Positions 38,205-50,318 of a DNA stretch of 64,000 nucleotides are shown in pieces (the stretch's first letter is position 1; each line of letters starts with the position of its first letter). The position numbers and the translations under genes are program-made. The notes beneath the pieces are model-generated. The model saw only the letters and a program-made list of their open reading frames with translations, ran no database searches and had not been told where the DNA came from. Origin of the DNA: Halocafeteria seosinensis (lineage: Eukaryota); contig LVLI01000140.1 in the NCBI GenBank assembly GCA_001687465.1, positions 1 through 64,000 on the forward strand, written 5' to 3'.

Positions 38205-38379
38205 TATTTGTCCTCGTATGTCACTTGCGCATGCAATGGAGCAAGAGGCGGCAATCAACCCCATGTCCTGGAGCCCTTGTAGTACTTCAACAAGCCAGAA
38301 AAGGGTTGATATTCAGGTGCATATTCACCATGATTGCACCCCATGATGTATATTTCAGAGTCATTGAGGTGAAACTACG

Positions 38380-41300
38380 ATGAATGGGGAGGATTCCAGG
38401 CGTATCAGGTATCGAAATACCCAGCGAAATAGTGGTCAAAATGGGGGGGGAAATGGAGCACATCCACATTATACACAGGAAGAGGCCGTGGAAATGCGTC
38501 ATACACGTATGAGTGACCAGCAACTGAGACAGGCGCAAGAGGAGGAAGATGAGGAAGTTGACCTCGATGCCCTCGTCCGTGAGAGACAACGCGAACGAGA
38601 GCAAGGGAGCAGAGAATACGCAAAATTGGCCCGGGAAGCCGAAGCCCAACATGGCCATGATTCAGCAGAAGAGGACGAAGATGGCGATTTACCCCCTCCT
38701 ACGATTGATACACAATCCCATAATTTGCACAAAGGATTTTCAGGGGAACACGGCAGTGCAAGTGACACGCCGACACCGTTTTCACCGCAAACCACTACTG
38801 GGACCCCCATGGCCAGAACGACAAGTGCTTCGAGGGGCCTCAAACGAGCAGCGACAAAGAGCTCGATCCCTGTTTCATTGACGCCAGCACAGGCTGATTA
38901 CTACAAGGATTTACAGACAGCGTATCGGCTCGTCTACTCAATGGCGATGCCGGATGAATTTGGACGATACGATATGTTAAGCATACTGGAACGACTTCCT
39001 CTCTGTATGGTCTCTGGTCGTGAAGAATATTTCGTTGATTCACCATATCGCCCCAGTCTTCCTCGGGATGCGTCAATGCTTCAACCAAAGGCTATCAGAG
39101 CTGCTGAAGAGACACTTCCGGAAGAAAACACAGTCAACGATGTGCCAACTCCATCGTCGGAACCGGTGGGAGCAGCAACGCCTGGTTCAGATCCAAGGGC
39201 AGCCGCCCAGCGAAGCCGTAAGAGCAACAACAAACTTCGATTCAAACGAGGGAGAAGACTTCCTCTAACCGCAAAAGCTGGTGAAAGGAGTAACACGTCT
39301 CTTAAGGCTGCAGCTGAACCTGATACGTCAGAGTATAGTAGGGGCAATCCATGGCAACCTAAACATGCATTGCGAACCTCAGCCATCGCTGTAGTCCTTT
39401 GCCTTATACCAGGGACGGATCCCCCCGATGTATTTCGTGTGCCGCCTTGTGCATCACTCGAAGCATGGGTGGATATGCAAACCCTTCCTGCTGACAAAGC
39501 CGGTGAGGTTGTGGGAGAACGATTGTTGCACCAATACAGTCTGCTCCACCACCGCGCCAATATGCAAGTCTCTGTAGATCCCACCTTTCAGGATCTTAGT
39601 AAGCTTTTGGAAGCACTCAGAAAACGGGCAGAACACAAGCGCCTCTTGCTGCATTTCAATGGCCACGGCGTACCAAAGCCCACTCCAGACGGTGAGCTGT
39701 GGGTGTTTGACCCGGGATATACTCAATACGTTCCTATTCGCCCCGAGGAATGGATTCCATCTCTTGGTATTCCATCCATCCTGCTCATGGATTCAAACGG
39801 TTCAGGAAACATCATTAGTATTTTCGCGAGGGCCCAAGCATGTTTGAAGGAGACTGGAGGGGTAGAGCACATGATGGAAAGACCGTACCGTTATTCGTTA
39901 GAGAATGTAGACTTGGCGACGTTCGATTTTCGTAAGTTTATCGTGTTCGCGTCTTGCCGAGGCAACGAGACGTTGCCTACGAACGCAGGATTACCAGCTG
40001 ATCTTTTTACTTCTTGTATGACAACCCCTGTTCAAACCGCTCTTCGCGTTTTTGTGCATCAAAATCCGTGGATACTTCCTCAGAGTGCTGTTGACGTGGT
40101 CAATCATTTGCCCGGCAAGATTAACGATCGTTCGACACCCTTAGGTCAGATTAATTGGGTTTTGACGGCCGTTACTGATGCCATAGCATGGGAATTATTG
40201 CCATACCATGCTTTTGTCAAATTGTTCAGGGATGATTTGCTCTTGGGATCGTTGAGTCGGAACTTCCTACTGGCATGTAGATTGATGAGGAGATACAATT
40301 GCCATCCTCAAATGTACCCCCCTCTCCCGACCTCTCTAAACGATCATCCAATGTGGGCAACATGGGATCTCTTCGTAGAACGTGTTCTAGCTCGATTACC
40401 TGCTATTTTTGCACACTACAAGATGTTGACTCCAGAAATCGCGGCAAAACTTGATTTAATCCCACAAGAACTGTCTACAGGGGAGACTCCTCGACGAAAT
40501 GACAAGAATGCCGTTCCTATTCCACATGCCAAAGCAGAACCCAAGACAAGTGAGACTCAAAGAGCTTCCCTGATGCAAGCATCACTAGAGAAGGAGAAAC
40601 AGCTCCTGTCTCAGCTCAGAGACCGTTTGACATCTCAGTATACGAAAGGGCACACTGCCATTGATACATTATACGTACCCTCGCCTAATAAGAAAATTTC
40701 GGACTCTAATAATCGCGTTAACTTTTTCGATGAGCAGCTAGCGGCATTTGAAGGCTGGATTCGGAGAGTTCGTTTGCAATTTCCCAGGGAGTTGAATGAA
40801 GCTGATGTAGGAACGAATCTGCACGCAGGTAGCGGCTCTTCAATCACTGGAAGCTACCTTGTCTACCTGCCGGTGGTGCTACAAGTAATGCTGAGTAACA
40901 GCTACCGGAAGCGGGCCTTGCAGCTTTTAGCTCAATTCTGTGCATTAGGACGCTGGGCCGTGGACGCAGTTTTCCGTGTAGGTATCTACCCTTACGTTAC
41001 GAGGGCTATAAAGCAATATGTAGAAAGCAACACCAACACCACTGCGAAGTCTAATGATCAGACTCTGACCGCTTTGTTATGGATTTGTAGTGAGTTCGTG
41101 GCTTCAAGGCCAGAGTGTGGGGACGACTTGATCAGCAATCTACTGATTCAATGCCTTTCCAAGTTTTTCAACTTGGTTGTCGAGAACGAATTGTCTGCGG
41201 GCTCTTTTGACGAGTCAGCGGAACACATGATGGAATGCGACAAATTTATTGCTGCTTGCTTCGTTTTATGCCAGCTAATGGAAAGGTACGAAGACCCCTC

Positions 41301-44300
41301 TGGCAAAGAAGGATCACCACCATGTAGAGTTAATTCATCTGCTCAAAAAGGGGCTGTAGAGGAAAGCATACCCCTGCTGCTACTTAAACTTTTATGTGCA
41401 TGGACGCCTGCAAGTGCATCAGACAAGAAGAATAACCGGAAGGACTCTACGAAAGCCGGTGTTCCGTCTGATGCTATCATATGGGCTCTGTTGACCATTG
41501 GCAGATGTTGCTTGCAGTGTCCAATAGGGCTATCTTACTGCTGGAACTATTCTGCCCCCGACACTATACTAGCGTTTCTTAGCTATCCTGATCCTCGAGT
41601 TAGAGCAACAGCTATAGAAACTCTGAGTATGCTATTTCACGGCAACGTCCAGGACTTCAGAGGATCTGAGGAGAAAGCTGTAGACCCATGGGAAAATGTA
41701 AGCGGCAGTGCGCTAACCGCTGCTCGAAAGGGATTGGGAAAGGATATTGCACATAAAAGCATTATTGGAATGCTTATATTGGTACACAATCAACAGACGA
41801 AAAATCTGAGGAGGATTAACTCAGGGGAGCAGACGAAGAAATCGGCTCAAAAAGAAGCTTCGAAGGGCTTTGGCTCTCACCTGTACATAAACCTGGGTAT
41901 GCATTTGGGCCTCTTGATGGCTGAAACACATGAATCTCCTATTGTATCGCGCAGACAGTTCCACCGCAACCTGATAAACTTAGATATTCCCTCCGTCACC
42001 CCTACGAGCTGTCCCTTTCAAGATGAATATGGGTACATAAAGGACACTGATGGATTTGATTCGATTGAAAGTCCTCCCACCGAGCAGACAGGTGCCTCCT
42101 CGAACTCTCCCGATGGAAGTCGAGAGCCAACGGAGAATGCATACGCTGTTCCTCCCGCGGATTATCTTGCTTCAGCACTGACTTCCGCTGCTCGGGAAAA
42201 CAGCGCATCCGCGGGCGGCGGTGAAGAAGTCCGAAAGCCCGGGACAATTCGTTCTCTTGCGCAAGCACTGCTGCCCGGCAAATTCTCACCCGGTCGGTCG
42301 AAACACTCACGCAACGAATCTACTGGATCAGAAATAGCCACCGAATCTCCGCAGGGCCGTTCCCCAAGAATGAACTCTGTTACTGATAGTGGCTCCTCAA
42401 AGCATCATCTAAATCATCAAGGCCGGAGAGATACAGCGGCAAGTGCCGAAAGTGGAAATGGCAGTGCATGGTTTGCAAGGAAGAACAACGAGAGTCAACG
42501 GTTCTCAGCCGGTGAAAGTAGAAGTTCGTCGGCTGTGGATCTTGCTCTGTCGCTACTCCCTTCAATGGCTTGCCGGCACGCTTCCGATATTTCTGCGCGG
42601 GAGCTATCCATTGCAATTTGTGCGCTCTCGTCGTCATCTGATCTTTCCTCCATGGTTCGCTTGGAATCTGTTATGACAATCGGGCGCTTTATATTCTCTT
42701 TGCCTCACGAGTTGGCGATGTTGATCGTGGTAGCTCAGTATCAGTCCGTAATGATAGCAGGGGATACGAGTGAGAGAAGTGCAACTTCAGGAAGGAGCCA
42801 AAACCCGGATCCCAAAAGCCCTGGTTATGGCGACACTGGCCTATATAACCGCTTAGATGATTTGACGGAACGCTTTCGCTTGCTATACTTGCGTCAAAGC
42901 GGACTCGGAGAGGACCCACATAAGAAACACAAGAAGGAAACAATGTCTGATGACCAGCTTCTCCAACGCCTGTACGGCCTCCTGGGTGCCAGAGGCATAC
43001 TATATGTAGGTCTTTGGAGAGTCGTCCTGACTCTGCAGAATGATCCTTGCTATGGGATAGCTCAAACAAGTCATGCGATCGTTCAACGACTGTATTCAAA
43101 GTTGGTTGTTAAATTGAGGGCTCAGTCAACATATACACATCGCGCCTCTGTGATTTTGCATGATTTCGATCAGCATACCGAAGGTGCACAAGGGTTGGAT
43201 GGTACGTTGAAGGAAGATTTGCATTCTACGAATCGAGACTCTGGAGCGATAACGGATGATAGACTAGCTAACCTGCTTCCAAGTGAATTCATGGACCATG
43301 ATGTTTTGGACCAGCCTGCCGAAACTACCTTCGACAAAGTGCTGCTAACTCCTGCCGCTATTGCTGAGTCCACACCAGAGGGTTTGAGAATGACTAGTCG
43401 CCTCTACGAGTGGGAAATCCAACGGTTTAGGTCAAGAGAGCGGCTATACGCTGGGAAGAAGCTAAAGCCGAATAATAGCGCATCTTTGAACAGATCACTC
43501 CACGTCCGAAAAGAAGTGTGGCCATTGGTTTTTTCTTTTTGTAGAGAAGCTGTAGCTCTAACGTGTGCCAGTATGAGCAACAAATGGTTTGATAACGTTC
43601 GAGAAGCAGCGGCTATGTATCTATCAGGGGTAATGCCGCGAGATCCCTCGAAGACTGGGCGAAATTGCTATCCTGACCAAGCGGATCGAACCCAACTTTC
43701 GATGTGGCAGTCGAGCTATCCTTCATTCGCTGTCCAGGATGTAACGGGATTCGGCGGTACTGCCGACGTACCTCAGAAGGTACTGTTTCAGTCGTCCTTG
43801 AATTCGAATTCCTCGTATCCCCGTCAATCATTTGACAGCGTTGATGATACCGGTAGCTCGTATATGGATATTAATCAACGGATTCCCCAGGGTTGGAAGG
43901 AGCCTCGAGCGGACTTGGCTATGGCTGGAACATCAACAGGAAGCCAGAGGTTCCAACACGCATACGAAAGGATTGGATCTGTACCGCGAACGAAGTCAGC
44001 CTCAGGACACGCAAATACAAATCAACTCTCCCCGGAACCTGCACCGCGACTGCCGGTGACAGTAGTTTCGTCACTGTCCCAGACGAAGATAAAGGAAGCT
44101 CGCAGCTGGAATGTGAAACCTACTCAAAAGTGTATCATAGATATCAAGCCCAGCAGCATGGCTGCCACTCTACTATTTCACCCTTATAAATCGTATATCA
44201 TTATTGGAGATGACTCAGACTCTCTGACAGTTCATGACTATGAGATTGGACAATCGTGCAATCGGATACGCAACAGCTTCGATTTGTCCGTGGTCGCTCG

Positions 44301-45696
44301 TTCTGTGGCGGATTTACAGTGCGAAAGCCGCTTGCAAGAGCTTCGGACTCAAGCCGAGAGGGGCCAACTAGGCTCGGCTAGTCGCACGTCCGCCTACCGA
44401 GTGAGGTTGAACAGCTATCTGCAGAGTCAACGGACGGCAATCTACTCTACGGACCTGAGACTGGCTCATGCGGGACACGATGAGAAACAACGTAGAGGAC
44501 ACTCGAATTCCGTCGTGACGGAGACGGTGAAGAGCAAGAGTGCTTCCGTGGAGAACCAAGAAACCAGCATGACGAGCAAACGAACGGCATCTACTCGCCC
44601 TCGAACGACTTCCCTACAGTGGATCAACGAGCACAGTGATCCGTTACTCCTGTGTGGCTCGGAGGATGGTTCGGTCAGAGTTTGGAGGAATTTATTTCGA
44701 GAAGGCGATGACGTACAGAGAGAACCGCATTCCCAGCCCTCGTTTTGTCCCTACCAACAAATGCCTCATGTATCGCTTGGAAGCGATAGGCGATCTAGTA
44801 TAGATAGTTATGCGGCTTATCCCCAAGAGGAGCACAGCATTGAGTCATTCATTGCCCTTCCCGATATGCACCACCGGTACTTGCGAGCGAAAGCGTCAAG
44901 TTCTAAACAAGGCAAGGCCAAAGGGTCTGGATTATTGACGTCCTGGATTCCGTGCAACGGCTCGCTTGCTGTTGCAGGGAATTCGCCGTTCGTACGAGTA
45001 TGGGATTTGGACTGTGCACAGTGCATTGGTTTAATGCCCAGTGGAAGTGATTCATGTGTTACATCCTTGACTACGTCCTGGCCAGGAAGTGGCGTATTGG
45101 TGGCCGGCTGTGGAAACGGCACAATCACATTGCTAGATACACGAGACCCACAGCGACGACCCGCCTGGACCTCAGAGAGTCAGAAGTCGTTACCTCGACG
45201 GCTGAAAGAACACAAAAAATGGGTAGTGAGAGTGTGCCAGCCCCGGTGTGGGACTGGGAATGCTCTAGTCTCGGGATCAGTGTCGGGTGAAGTGAAGTTC
45301 TGGGACTTGCGCAAGGGTGCTACCGAGAGCTGTGTTAATACGCTTCAGGCTCACAACCATCCGATGACAGCGATGGCTTTGCATGACTACGCTCCAATAT
45401 TAGCCACCGGCTCTCACAGCCAAAATGTGAAACTGTGGTACACAAATCCGAATGGTGTCCCTGTCGACGGCGCTTCTGCCGCGAGGGCGTTGAGCCCCGA
45501 TGGAAACGTTGGTCCCCGCGTAGACCCGCAGTTAAAGCATATCATTAGGTTCCATGACGGATTCTTGGGGCAGCGTATCGGTCCCGTCTCCTGCTTAGAG
45601 TTTCATCCCTATGAGATGCTCTTAGGAATCGGGACTGTTGATAATATCGTGTCCCTTCACATGGCCGGGAATAAGTTTGATGAAGATGGTATGTAA
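38380..45696 (+). CDS. RPTOR: RAPTOR/KOG1 (TORC1 scaffold), 2438 aa, intronless
   Basis: RNC domain (VLCL..GTDPPD, LLHFNGHGVPKPT, LPADLFTSCMTTP), ARM region, C-terminal WD40 ending FHDGFLGQRIGPVSCLEFHPY. Confidence 0.96.
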   Translation: MNGEDSRRIRYRNTQRNSGQNGGGNGAHPHYTQEEAVEMRHTRMSDQQLRQAQEEEDEEVDLDALVRERQREREQGSREYAKLAREAEAQHGHDSAEEDEDGDLPPPTIDTQSHNLHKGFSGEHGSASDTPTPFSPQTTTGTPMARTTSASRGLKRAATKSSIPVSLTPAQADYYKDLQTAYRLVYSMAMPDEFGRYDMLSILERLPLCMVSGREEYFVDSPYRPSLPRDASMLQPKAIRAAEETLPEENTVNDVPTPSSEPVGAATPGSDPRAAAQRSRKSNNKLRFKRGRRLPLTAKAGERSNTSLKAAAEPDTSEYSRGNPWQPKHALRTSAIAVVLCLIPGTDPPDVFRVPPCASLEAWVDMQTLPADKAGEVVGERLLHQYSLLHHRANMQVSVDPTFQDLSKLLEALRKRAEHKRLLLHFNGHGVPKPTPDGELWVFDPGYTQYVPIRPEEWIPSLGIPSILLMDSNGSGNIISIFARAQACLKETGGVEHMMERPYRYSLENVDLATFDFRKFIVFASCRGNETLPTNAGLPADLFTSCMTTPVQTALRVFVHQNPWILPQSAVDVVNHLPGKINDRSTPLGQINWVLTAVTDAIAWELLPYHAFVKLFRDDLLLGSLSRNFLLACRLMRRYNCHPQMYPPLPTSLNDHPMWATWDLFVERVLARLPAIFAHYKMLTPEIAAKLDLIPQELSTGETPRRNDKNAVPIPHAKAEPKTSETQRASLMQASLEKEKQLLSQLRDRLTSQYTKGHTAIDTLYVPSPNKKISDSNNRVNFFDEQLAAFEGWIRRVRLQFPRELNEADVGTNLHAGSGSSITGSYLVYLPVVLQVMLSNSYRKRALQLLAQFCALGRWAVDAVFRVGIYPYVTRAIKQYVESNTNTTAKSNDQTLTALLWICSEFVASRPECGDDLISNLLIQCLSKFFNLVVENELSAGSFDESAEHMMECDKFIAACFVLCQLMERYEDPSGKEGSPPCRVNSSAQKGAVEESIPLLLLKLLCAWTPASASDKKNNRKDSTKAGVPSDAIIWALLTIGRCCLQCPIGLSYCWNYSAPDTILAFLSYPDPRVRATAIETLSMLFHGNVQDFRGSEEKAVDPWENVSGSALTAARKGLGKDIAHKSIIGMLILVHNQQTKNLRRINSGEQTKKSAQKEASKGFGSHLYINLGMHLGLLMAETHESPIVSRRQFHRNLINLDIPSVTPTSCPFQDEYGYIKDTDGFDSIESPPTEQTGASSNSPDGSREPTENAYAVPPADYLASALTSAARENSASAGGGEEVRKPGTIRSLAQALLPGKFSPGRSKHSRNESTGSEIATESPQGRSPRMNSVTDSGSSKHHLNHQGRRDTAASAESGNGSAWFARKNNESQRFSAGESRSSSAVDLALSLLPSMACRHASDISARELSIAICALSSSSDLSSMVRLESVMTIGRFIFSLPHELAMLIVVAQYQSVMIAGDTSERSATSGRSQNPDPKSPGYGDTGLYNRLDDLTERFRLLYLRQSGLGEDPHKKHKKETMSDDQLLQRLYGLLGARGILYVGLWRVVLTLQNDPCYGIAQTSHAIVQRLYSKLVVKLRAQSTYTHRASVILHDFDQHTEGAQGLDGTLKEDLHSTNRDSGAITDDRLANLLPSEFMDHDVLDQPAETTFDKVLLTPAAIAESTPEGLRMTSRLYEWEIQRFRSRERLYAGKKLKPNNSASLNRSLHVRKEVWPLVFSFCREAVALTCASMSNKWFDNVREAAAMYLSGVMPRDPSKTGRNCYPDQADRTQLSMWQSSYPSFAVQDVTGFGGTADVPQKVLFQSSLNSNSSYPRQSFDSVDDTGSSYMDINQRIPQGWKEPRADLAMAGTSTGSQRFQHAYERIGSVPRTKSASGHANTNQLSPEPAPRLPVTVVSSLSQTKIKEARSWNVKPTQKCIIDIKPSSMAATLLFHPYKSYIIIGDDSDSLTVHDYEIGQSCNRIRNSFDLSVVARSVADLQCESRLQELRTQAERGQLGSASRTSAYRVRLNSYLQSQRTAIYSTDLRLAHAGHDEKQRRGHSNSVVTETVKSKSASVENQETSMTSKRTASTRPRTTSLQWINEHSDPLLLCGSEDGSVRVWRNLFREGDDVQREPHSQPSFCPYQQMPHVSLGSDRRSSIDSYAAYPQEEHSIESFIALPDMHHRYLRAKASSSKQGKAKGSGLLTSWIPCNGSLAVAGNSPFVRVWDLDCAQCIGLMPSGSDSCVTSLTTSWPGSGVLVAGCGNGTITLLDTRDPQRRPAWTSESQKSLPRRLKEHKKWVVRVCQPRCGTGNALVSGSVSGEVKFWDLRKGATESCVNTLQAHNHPMTAMALHDYAPILATGSHSQNVKLWYTNPNGVPVDGASAARALSPDGNVGPRVDPQLKHIIRFHDGFLGQRIGPVSCLEFHPYEMLLGIGTVDNIVSLHMAGNKFDEDGM

Positions 45697-45875
45697 GAAT
45701 TATATCGTTAACTTAGTTTTCCCCGTTACCCATAATATGTCGTATTAGCACAATAATGTACACACACTGCCGTCGGAAATTAGACAAAAAGAAAAAGGAT
45801 CTGTGCTACTGTACTCGTGGGACGAATAGTGAAGGCCGTTTATGTAGGTTAAATCACTCTCGAAGTAGCTAGCAC

Positions 45876-47071
45876 TTAGCTTGCATCATCATCAATCTTA
45901 GGAGCCAAGTAGTAACGAATGTAGCCAATATTACCAATTTTATATTCGACCACCAATGGCACCTCGTCGCTCATGCACAGGCGCACCGACTTTCCCAATG
46001 GAGTTGCCTGAATGATGAAACCGTGCATCACAACGTGTGCTACTAGACACTTTATGAGATTGCAGCAAGCTTACCTTCGTGAAGAAGTTGAGGTAACGCA
46101 AAGCGAAGGTCAGAGACACTGGGCTCTCCATGCTAATGACAGTTTTTTCATCGGCCTGCGAGCAAGAGGGAAGGATTCTGGAACGACTCTGAAAAGCACG
46201 GTTCATGAAGAACGGTACTTACGCTATCAGCATTCGTATTCTGGCGTCTCGTAACACTTCCTGATCCCGTATCTCCGCTTACGGAGAAAGTTACTCCTTC
46301 CTTTGTGCACGAAATTGTGCAGGTGTCTCCAATGACACTTAGGTCACGCACAATCCGCTGGAATTCCCCCGAGGGCATTTGTACGGTGCAGTTGTATTTG
46401 GTGTCCGGGATGCCCAAGCTCTCACTATCTATGGCCATTAGTTTCATCGTAAATTCGGCTACTCCTTCTTGTTCTGTATAGACATAAAAGGTGAATGAAT
46501 TCCGCTTCGTCGGTAGTGGGGTGGCAACTCCCTTTTATCTTGTTTTGAATTCCAACTCTTTTTGGCGTTTCGTGCTCCCCTATACCGTCCCATTGTAGCC
46601 ATTTCAAATGCTACACGACCCCACAGAGCGAGAAGACAGACATGCCTCGACCAACAGAGATGATCATGTGGGTCTCTATCCCTCTCGGAACGAGCAACTA
46701 GGGGCATGTAAAGCCCTTGTGCACAGGGAGAATGACGTCCAAAAAGACTTACTGGGGCTTTCAAATTTGAAGCAGATTTCATCCTGTTGTGGATCCGCCG
46801 AGATAGTGATGATATCATCTTGCCCGGAGCACTTGAGGATCTTTGATAGGGCGACCATATTGAGACCCAAAGACATCTCCTGATCGCATCGGTAATGATC
46901 AAAATCCTGTCCTCGGAGCAGCAGAGACACCAACGAGACGTGGGATGAATCCATGGCTTGCAAGGAGATGCCTTCTTTGGAGCAATCCAAGTTCGCGTCG
47001 GTCACGAGGTCCTTCATGGCCTCGACGACCATCTTAAAGATCTTGCCTTGAACGAGACGGGCTTCAAACAT
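45876..47071 (-). CDS. PCNA: Proliferating cell nuclear antigen
   Basis: MFEARLVQG...[12 protein letters not shown]...[11 protein letters not shown]...YYLAPKI; three introns, the first 46752-46474. Confidence 0.98.
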
Positions 47072-47473
47072 CTTTATAAAGGTATGTTTTGACGTGTGTA
47101 AATTTCAAAAAAAAATCGGGTAAAAAAAGTAAATAGACACAGTTGTATGCCTTCCAAAACACCAATCTCAACTCGATTCGGCGACCACTAGTATCTAGTT
47201 TGATATGACTAACAGATCGGTAAGAAGACAACCCTGAATGCACCGTATAAACTGTCCGAAAAAGGGAGGTATCCATTCCCCCACAATTCAAATCGTGGCT
47301 GCATTTGAATCAAGTAGCAGGAATGTTTGCCCGGTTGTAACTTCAACGTGAGAATCTGTTAGTGACATGCGGGTACAAGTGCAAGTGCAACCGAGAATTG
47401 GTTAGGAATTTCGAAGAGGTTTTTTTGTTTTGTTTTTGTTTTTGGACGAGCTGGAACTTCAGTGCAAACCAAT

Positions 47474-48980
47474 ATGGCGACGCAACAAGGAAATGATTTA
47501 GGCGATGATAGTGCCGTCCTCAATCTGAAAGCACTCGGCAACCGTATCCGAAGAGCTCATGCCGCTATACAACCCTATGTGAGGAGGACACCTGTGGAAT
47601 TCAGTCAATGTCTCTCAACGTCGCAAGGGTCCGTTCATTTGAAACTCGAGTCTGAGCAATGTACAGGTTGGTCCCACTCGCTAACGATTGCACGAAATGG
47701 ATACGAAGTGCATCACGGAATGCGATCATGGTGGACGCAGGCTCGTTTAAAGTCAGAGGGGCTGTAAATAAAGTCTTCTGCGAACTCACCAGAGCGTCTA
47801 GAGTGGATGTAGGTTGCTGTCTTGTGTTTGCTTGCAATCCGAGCATTCAATATCATTGCTCTCTTTCTCGCGTTCGTCTACAGAATTCCAGTCCGCAACC
47901 TCTTCGGTTGACCACAGGTAACTTGCTCTCCTCGATCTTCATACTTGCTTATGCTCGATTGCAAGAAATGGGCACCGCACTGTTTCGCAGCTAGTACTGG
48001 GAACCATGCCCTGGCAACAGCGTACGCAATCCAGACAGTACCAGGTGGCGACTACACCATAGCGGAAGTATACCTCCCAAACAATGTCTCTGAGGCAAAA
48101 ATGAAGCTTCTCCGGTAAGCATGTTGTCTTCTGACTTATGATGCAACGAGTAATGCTCAAGTAATCATCGTTGCGCTGATCGAAACAGTTCAAGTGGATT
48201 GCATCTACGGGAAGTGGACTCCAACGATTGTGCAGTTTCCGAGGTTAAAGCAAGGGAAGCAGCTGACGGAAGTGAAAATACCATATTCGTCTCACCTTAT
48301 AACGATTTGGACGTAATATGTGGACAAGGAACTATTGCATTGGAAATAATGGAGCAGTTAAACCACAACGTGGACTATATCTTTGTGCCTGTTGGTGGAG
48401 GCGGCATGATCAGTGGCATCGCAGCATACATCAATGCATATTATCCGGACTGTAAAGTCATCGGTTGCCAACCTCGATCGAACGCATGCATGGCAGAGAG
48501 TCTTCAGAAAGGTAGACTGCTGGGGGACGACGAATTCGAAAATAAACCAACGCTCTCAGATGGAACGTCTGGTGGGATAGAGGTAAGGTGCTTGCATTTG
48601 TGGGTTTGCTTCAAGTAAGCATACTACATTGGATTGGGTATGAAGATACAGGCCAAGTCTCTTACATTTCCAATGTGCCGAAATCTTGTTCACGATTGGA
48701 TCCTTGTCAGTGAAGAAGAGATTGAAAAATCAATGGTCCTTGTGATGCAACATCACCACAAAATTATAGAAGGCAGTGCAGCTGTAACGGTCGCAGCCTA
48801 TAATCAACGGAAAGACAAGTACCAGGATAAGAATGTTGCAATCGTGTAAGTATCCGATCCGTTAGTGCCCTTTCTGCCAAGTGCAATCGTTGAACAAGCA
48901 TTCTCCTAATCGACAGATGCTGTGGAGCGAACATCAACCTCGAGCGATTGAACGGAATCCTGCAAAAACACTCTAGCTAA
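47474..48980 (+). CDS. PLP-dependent threonine/serine dehydratase (fold type II), no regulatory domain
   Basis: RRTPVE, LKLESEQCTGSFKVRGA, STGNHA, SPYND...GQGTI, VPVGGGGMISG, TLSDGT, CGANI; multi-exon. Confidence 0.9.
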
Positions 48981-49114
48981 TTGATGTTTCTACTTCTCCA
49001 ATTCGATAAACATTATACGTGCGGTTCACTAAATCGAAGTCTTTCTTGTAACATATTCCGCCATTGTTCTCGTAGTCGGTGCTGTCGCTAAACATTCCAG
49101 GAGGCACTCATTTT

Positions 49115-49802
49115 TTAAAGGTGTAGCGGCCGTAAATCCTTAGGCTTGATCTTCTTTCTACAGCAGGGGCATTCCTTTCTTGTACTCATGCTGCGATCAA
49201 TGCAGCTGCGATGGAATATGTGCCCACAAGCCGTACACACCGGTTTTTTCCGTCCTGTATTCGCGGACGAGACACTATCGTAACAAATAACACATTCTGT
49301 CAAGCGAGATTCGGTTTCGACATTCTGATACGCTTTGGACTGTGCTGGAGGACCACTCTGCGCCGAAGGCGGCCCTGCAGTCGCCGGTTGTACGCCGTGT
49401 GACGGCTTTCCTTGTTGTTGCTGTTGTTGATGATACGCCCAACGGCCGTGTTGTACTGTGGTTATTTCTACATCATCCAATCCTCCGACCCTTTGCTGCG
49501 GCGGTGTCAATACTTCTATATAATCACTGTCGGGCTGTGTGGCCGCTTGCATACACCTCCTGCGCTTCCTCACATGCGTCGAAGGATTCCCCCCGGTAGC
49601 CGCGGAGGCTGCGCTCTGGGCGCTGCTGCTGCCAGCGTCGTGGTTGCATGTTTCCCCTATTATCTCCACTTCATCGTCTGTCCACCCCCACAATGTCGAC
49701 ATAAGCATATAGTAAAATGTACACAGTTTCTTATGAGACCACTGAAAGACACATACCTGGGTCCTCGTAGACGAAATTGGGGGTATAATATGCAGCTGCC
49801 AT
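49115..49802 (-). CDS. RING E3 ligase with SIM-like motifs (RNF4/Slx8-like)
   Basis: C-terminal CVIC...CGHIFH..CI...CPCC; acid-flanked VEII, YIEVL, VEIT; one intron near 49756-49682. Confidence 0.75.
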
Positions 49803-50318
49803 ATTTTTCTTTGCCTCAAAAAAAAGGCCAAAAGGGGGCCACGATATAAACACTATTTCCTCACGATTTTCGGACACCAGTTCCGCTGCATAATGAGAGT
49901 TCTGTAACTTGTGCGTCTGATGCAAAGGATAGCTCTGGGGTGCTGTGGCACTAACAAACGTGTTGAAGAGCCTTCTGCGCAGTGTTCTGGTTCAAATGAA
50001 GGACGAAGATTTGATTGTCGTTAACGCTGAATTTCGGCTGAAAGCCCCTTCTAAGGGCCTTCTTCAAGAAGGCAAAGAATGCATGCAACTTGTAACAACA
50101 ACAACAAACGAAAGGATGACGATTTGATACTCAGCAAAGGTAGAACCTTGCTGTGAAAAGCGCGAAGGAGATATGCTTGGTTGCCAACTTGCCACTAAGG
50201 CACATCAAGTTTGCTTCACAAAATGTGGACGTGGACGGTGATTGCAGTTCGCAGTCTAAACCAACTATGACTCGTCTATGAGTTACGTGCCATTGGATTT
50301 CAACGAAGACAAGTGCGT

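Noticed and set aside
46474..46752. TPP riboswitch, RNase P/MRP or SRP RNA in the PCNA intron
   Set aside because: Conserved core motifs of these families not found by eye.
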